Assembly: GCA_965216875.1 (NCBI GenBank)
Contig: OZ244207.1
Span: forward strand, 4,608,001 to 4,672,000
DNA from: Rubripirellula sp.
Lineage (GTDB): Bacteria; Planctomycetota; Planctomycetia; Pirellulales; Pirellulaceae
Length of the DNA stretch: 64,000 nt
Reading direction: 5' to 3'
In this document: in pieces, positions 60,400-64,000 of the stretch
How positions within the stretch are numbered: the first letter of the stretch is position 1
How the letters are laid out: each line of letters opens with the position of its first letter
Translations under genes and position numbers: made by a program
The notes under the pieces: model-generated
Told to the model about the DNA's origin: nothing
The model's input: the letters and a program-made list of their open reading frames with translations, nothing else
Database searches by the model: none

Positions 60400-60414
60400 A
60401 TAAGCCCTGCTAAT
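60400..60414. promoter_or_regulatory. LysR T-N11-A box (ATAAGC-CCT-GCTAAT)
   Basis: Near-dyad ~18 bp upstream of the LysR start, overlapping a TGCTAATA direct repeat. Confidence 0.5.
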
Positions 60415-60587
60415 AACAAAGGCATCCGCCTGCAATCAAGTTAATGCAAGGTAAGAACCTCGTCGCAGCCCGTCAAGCGTTTATTTCGCCCCCATTTCGC
60501 GGCAAAGCCCGCTCATTGGGGGTCTGTTTGGGTCAGCGAAAATGGGAGCGGAGGACGCGCCATCTCAATGACTCACCCCCCATGCGA

Positions 60588-60848
60588 TCACTCTGCCGCT
60601 TTGCCAAACCTTTTCGGCAGCGTAAAGGCGTAGATGATCACCACAGCTCCGACGGCGGTGATGACCCAGGGAAACCACTCTTTCGGCTTCCATACCTTCG
60701 TAGCGGGGGACGGGGTTCCCGTAGGATTCACGAAAGAAGATGCTTCGGATTCCGAAGCTGCGTACAAATTGGCGCTATCGATGACCATGCTTTCGAGGCC
60801 AACGATGATCGCCATCACCCCAAGGGCGAGAAAGAGAGAGCGCCACAT
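60588..60848 (-). CDS. Small two-TM membrane protein
   Basis: MWRSLFLALGVMAIIVG...PKEWFPWVITAVGAVVIIY. Confidence 0.7.
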   Translation of the reverse strand: MWRSLFLALGVMAIIVGLESMVIDSANLYAASESEASSFVNPTGTPSPATKVWKPKEWFPWVITAVGAVVIIYAFTLPKRFGKAAE

Positions 60849-60994
60849 TGGATTGCTTCCCGACAAGTGAGAGGAAAGGGACTCATCAAGAGGGATCGTC
60901 AAACACATCGGCGAACCCTGAGCCGATCAGCTTGCGGCGGCATGTCCGTCAGAAACGGAACGACCGGTGCAACGCTGGGTCGAGGGCCCATTCC

Positions 60995-61041
60995 GTAGCT
61001 ACCTTCGCCAACAGCCCGTAGCTACCTTCGCCAGAAGGTGG
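60995..61041 (+). repeat. REP family E (truncated plus full copy)
   Basis: GTAGCTACCTTCGCCA twice in tandem. Confidence 0.8.
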
Positions 61042-61101
61042 GACCTTGGTTCAGCCGCTCATCAACACCCCAACACCTGGTGATCGCTGCGACGGCAGGT
61101 G

Positions 61102-61767
61102 CTACGTGACCTTACCGTCGCGGACTTCGACGACGCGTTGGGCCCGCTCGGCCACTTCGTGACTGTGAGTGATCACCACCAGCGTCATGTTCTGCTGGGC
61201 GTGAAGCGATCCGAACAGATTCAGGATCTCCTCGCCGGTGGCACTATCAAGGTTTCCCGTCGGCTCATCCGCCAACAGCACCTGCGGCTCATTGGCCAAC
61301 GAGCGCGCAATGGCGACCCGTTGCCTCTCACCCACCGACAATTTGTTGGGCAGATGATCGGCGCGGTGCGACATACCAACGATCTCGAGCAATTCGCTTG
61401 CACGTGCTTTGCGCTGTGTCGCCGAGCGTTCGGTTTCGAACATCGGCATTTGAATGTTTTCGATCGCCGTCAACGTCGGCAACAGATAGAACGACTGAAA
61501 GACGTAACCAATGTGCTGTGATCGCAATTGGTCGAGCGCCTTTCCTTGCATCAACGGTTGGCCATCAAAGAGAACACGGCCTTGGGTTGGTTGATCAAGA
61601 CCACCGAGGATGTTCAGCAAGGTCGATTTCCCACTGCCACTTGGCCCAACAATCGCAACGTATTCACCACGTCCGATGGAGATGGAAACATCATCAAGTG
61701 CGAGCACATCGCCATCAACAAAGCGGCGAGAAACGTTTTCGGCAACGATGACGGGTGACACAGACAT
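61102..61767 (-). CDS. ABC ATP-binding protein (LolD/MacB-like)
   Basis: [35 protein letters not shown]. Confidence 0.93.
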   Translation of the reverse strand: MSVSPVIVAENVSRRFVDGDVLALDDVSISIGRGEYVAIVGPSGSGKSTLLNILGGLDQPTQGRVLFDGQPLMQGKALDQLRSQHIGYVFQSFYLLPTLTAIENIQMPMFETERSATQRKARASELLEIVGMSHRADHLPNKLSVGERQRVAIARSLANEPQVLLADEPTGNLDSATGEEILNLFGSLHAQQNMTLVVITHSHEVAERAQRVVEVRDGKVT

Positions 61768-62172
61768 AATGCGACAAAGGGAAAGGAGGCAAAAAGCTGG
61801 CGGGCAAAAAAAGGGTGCTGATCGGATCTAGGGACAGGAAGTTAAGCGGTCATCCCTCATTTCGATGCCCTCCATTTTTTTAACGATCGACTTACTACGA
61901 ATTCGGGCCATGGCTCCTCTTATTGCCCCCATGTTTCTGTCCAATTCAAACGCGCGTGGTGCTTTGACCTTCTTAGGCTTTGACAGTGGACCAAATGGTT
62001 CAAGTCGTCGACACCACCCCTTGTCCATTCTCGCGAGACAGCAGACATCGGTTTAGACGACATTCGCCCACTTCGTCGGCCATCATCCCCCCCGAAGGTT
62101 GCTTCGCGCTTCGCGGTGCATCACAATTCGATTTACTCATCTGTGACCGATCGATGCTGGGGGACCACCGTT

Positions 62173-63618
62173 GTGGCAAAAGTCAAAGCTTGGAAGTATC
62201 ACGACTCGAGTCAACCATCCTTTCCTGACGACTTCGAGATTGCTCAGAAAGCGGTCCTGCAAGTCACGGACATCAAGACGAACAAAAACAAGTACTACGC
62301 CATCGAACTGCATGCCGCCGGTGGCAGCTTTCGGGTCTTCACCCACTACGGGCGAACCGACGACCTGGATACGAATCCTGAGAGCGGACAAAAGGAGTGT
62401 CGGTACGCCCTTTCGCTCGCGGAAGCTCAGGCGATCTACCAAACGATCTACAACCAAAAAACCTCCAAGAGCAAAGGGTACCAAGAGCTCGCCCTCGCCT
62501 CGAGCAACATCGGCTCACAGCAGGCTCGAGGCACAAGCAGCGGCGACGTTGACGACAAAACACTCGAAAAGCTCGCCGAAAAAGACAAAGCAAAAGGCAA
62601 GAAGGCGAAGAAGCCGAAGGCAAAGAAATCGTCGTTGCCAGCCAGCGTGCAGACCATCGTTCGCTACATGTACGACGAGGCCACCAACGCGCTCACGTCG
62701 ACCGTCCAGGCCAAGATCACGGCCAATGGAATTGAAACGCCGCTTGGCATCCTGACGATCGGCCAGATCGAAAAGGGAGAAGAAATCCTGACCGATGCCT
62801 ACGAGCTGTTCGGCAAGAAGCGAGCTCGTAACCGAGTGGAACGACTCGAGCAGTATTCAAGCGACTTTTACACCGCAATCCCGCATCGGTTTGGCCGCTC
62901 ACGAGCCGCAGCCGAAGCAGCAGTGATCAATTCACTTGCTGACTTTGAACAGAAACAAGAAACACTGCAGCTGATGAAGGACATGTTGCAGGTCAATGGC
63001 GAAGAAGGCAACGTTTTGTTCGACGCTGCCGTTGATAAAGAATACGAAGCGCTCGGCTGCGAGATTCAAACCGTTGACCCCAAGTCGGCGGAATACAAAG
63101 AGCTGAAACAGTACGTTGAAAAGAGCCAGATCAAGACAAAGACCATACGTGTCAAAAACGTCTTTACACTGCATCGCGAAGAAGAACGCACAGAGTTTCG
63201 AGAGAAACTGAAGAACCAACGCCAGCTTTTCCATGGATCACGAATCCAAAACTGGGTGGGGCTTTTGTCACGTGGGATTCTGATGCCCAAAATTGTGGTC
63301 AGCATGGGCGTCAATCGCACCGACGCCGGTTGGCTTGGTAACGGAATCTACTTTGGTGACGCCGCATGCACGAGCAACTTCTATACGACCCCCGGGAAAA
63401 AGAAAACTCGCTTGATGGCAGTTTGCAATGTCGCACTCGGCAAGGTCAAACAATTCCACAAAATCACTTATGGAATGGATGCACCTCCGAAAGGATACGA
63501 CAGCTGTCACGGCGTGCGACAACAAAAGGGCGTGCAGTCGCAATTCGCTGACGACGAGTTCGTCATTTACAACACCAACCAACAACACATGCAGTACTTG
63601 GTCGAATTCACAAGCTAA
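62173..63618 (+). CDS. PARP-family ADP-ribosyltransferase (WGR + regulatory + catalytic domains)
   Basis: GTG at 62173 after GGGGGA. WGR-like TNKNKYYAIEL...THYGR; regulatory TPLGILT...SSDFYTAIPH; catalytic LFHGSR, GNGIYFGD, CNVALG, YDSCHG, DDEFVIY. Confidence 0.92.
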   Translation: MAKVKAWKYHDSSQPSFPDDFEIAQKAVLQVTDIKTNKNKYYAIELHAAGGSFRVFTHYGRTDDLDTNPESGQKECRYALSLAEAQAIYQTIYNQKTSKSKGYQELALASSNIGSQQARGTSSGDVDDKTLEKLAEKDKAKGKKAKKPKAKKSSLPASVQTIVRYMYDEATNALTSTVQAKITANGIETPLGILTIGQIEKGEEILTDAYELFGKKRARNRVERLEQYSSDFYTAIPHRFGRSRAAAEAAVINSLADFEQKQETLQLMKDMLQVNGEEGNVLFDAAVDKEYEALGCEIQTVDPKSAEYKELKQYVEKSQIKTKTIRVKNVFTLHREEERTEFREKLKNQRQLFHGSRIQNWVGLLSRGILMPKIVVSMGVNRTDAGWLGNGIYFGDAACTSNFYTTPGKKKTRLMAVCNVALGKVKQFHKITYGMDAPPKGYDSCHGVRQQKGVQSQFADDEFVIYNTNQQHMQYLVEFTS

Positions 63619-63692
63619 TTCTCCGATCGTGTAACATGATTCCAGAAGCACTTGTTCGACGGCAAAGCCAGTGAACTTGAGGGGACAAACAA

Positions 63693-64000
63693 ATGCGTGT
63701 TCGCATCGTTTTGGTCGACATCAATAAGAAGATGATCAACGCTTGGCGTTCGACTTTCGAAGAGAATCCCGAAGTCGAAGTCCTCGAGGGCTCGATGCTT
63801 TCGCAGGAAGTCGACGCTTGGGTCTCGCCAACCAATTCGCGTGGTTCGATGGATGGCGGCCTTGATGCGGTCATCAAGAACGAACTGGGTGGCCAGATTG
63901 AGAACAAAGTTCAAGCAGCAATCAAACAACAACACAGCGGCTTGATGCCTGTTGGTCACGCCACCTGCGTTCCCTCAGGTCGCACAAGGCCCAAGTTCTT
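63693..64000 (+). CDS. Macrodomain protein (ADP-ribose binding/hydrolase), 3'-partial
   Basis: Hand translation from ATG 63693 (RBS GAGGGG): MRVRIVLVDINKKMINAW...EVDAWVSPTNSRGSMDGGLDAVI...MPVGHA...; no stop before the window end; not in the ORF track. Confidence 0.88.
   Translation, partial: MRVRIVLVDINKKMINAWRSTFEENPEVEVLEGSMLSQEVDAWVSPTNSRGSMDGGLDAVIKNELGGQIENKVQAAIKQQHSGLMPVGHATCVPSGRTRPKF

Noticed and set aside
61987..62002. SOS (LexA) box upstream of the PARP
   Set aside because: The spacing matches none of the LexA motifs I know (GAAC-N4-GTTC, CTG-N10-CAG, GTTC-N7-GTTC). Kept only as a generic dyad.
63608..63959. Minus-strand ORFs 63608-63907 and 63615-63959
   Set aside because: They are antisense to the macrodomain ORF, which has the RBS and the family motif.
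1..64000. tRNA, rRNA, prophage or integrase genes
   Set aside because: No cloverleaf or T-loop context, rRNA signature or phage hallmark ORF was recognised by eye.

Overview
This is a bacterial chromosomal window, most likely from a marine planctomycete (Pirellulaceae-like). That assignment is inferred from the sulfatase, the ECF-type Ser/Thr kinase, the FlgI-like lipoprotein, FG-GAP and HEAT proteins, and the repeat types. Most of it is housekeeping or metabolic: V-type ATPase subunit A (5'-truncated), TolC-family protein, cysH with an Rrf2 regulator, lpxK, Ski2-like helicase, glycerate kinase, xylonate-type dehydratase, fba, tatC, manA, rluB, pyrK and LysR-gltB-gltD. It also holds a beta-helix/GH16/sulfatase cluster for sulfated glycans and a YtrA-type GntR/ABC operon with its operator. 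One complete IS1380-family element (14-bp inverted repeats, CTAG target duplication) has inserted into a copy of a short intergenic repeat. Intergenic spacers are mosaics of many short repeat families, four of them GTAG-type REPs. The standout is at the right end: a eukaryote-like PARP gene (WGR, helical regulatory and catalytic domains, H-Y-E triad intact) followed 74 bp later by a macrodomain ORF. That ORF is missing from the ORF track because it runs off the window. Together they form a candidate ADP-ribosylation writer/eraser operon. No rRNA, tRNA or CRISPR array was seen. All calls come from reading motifs by eye; no searches were run.
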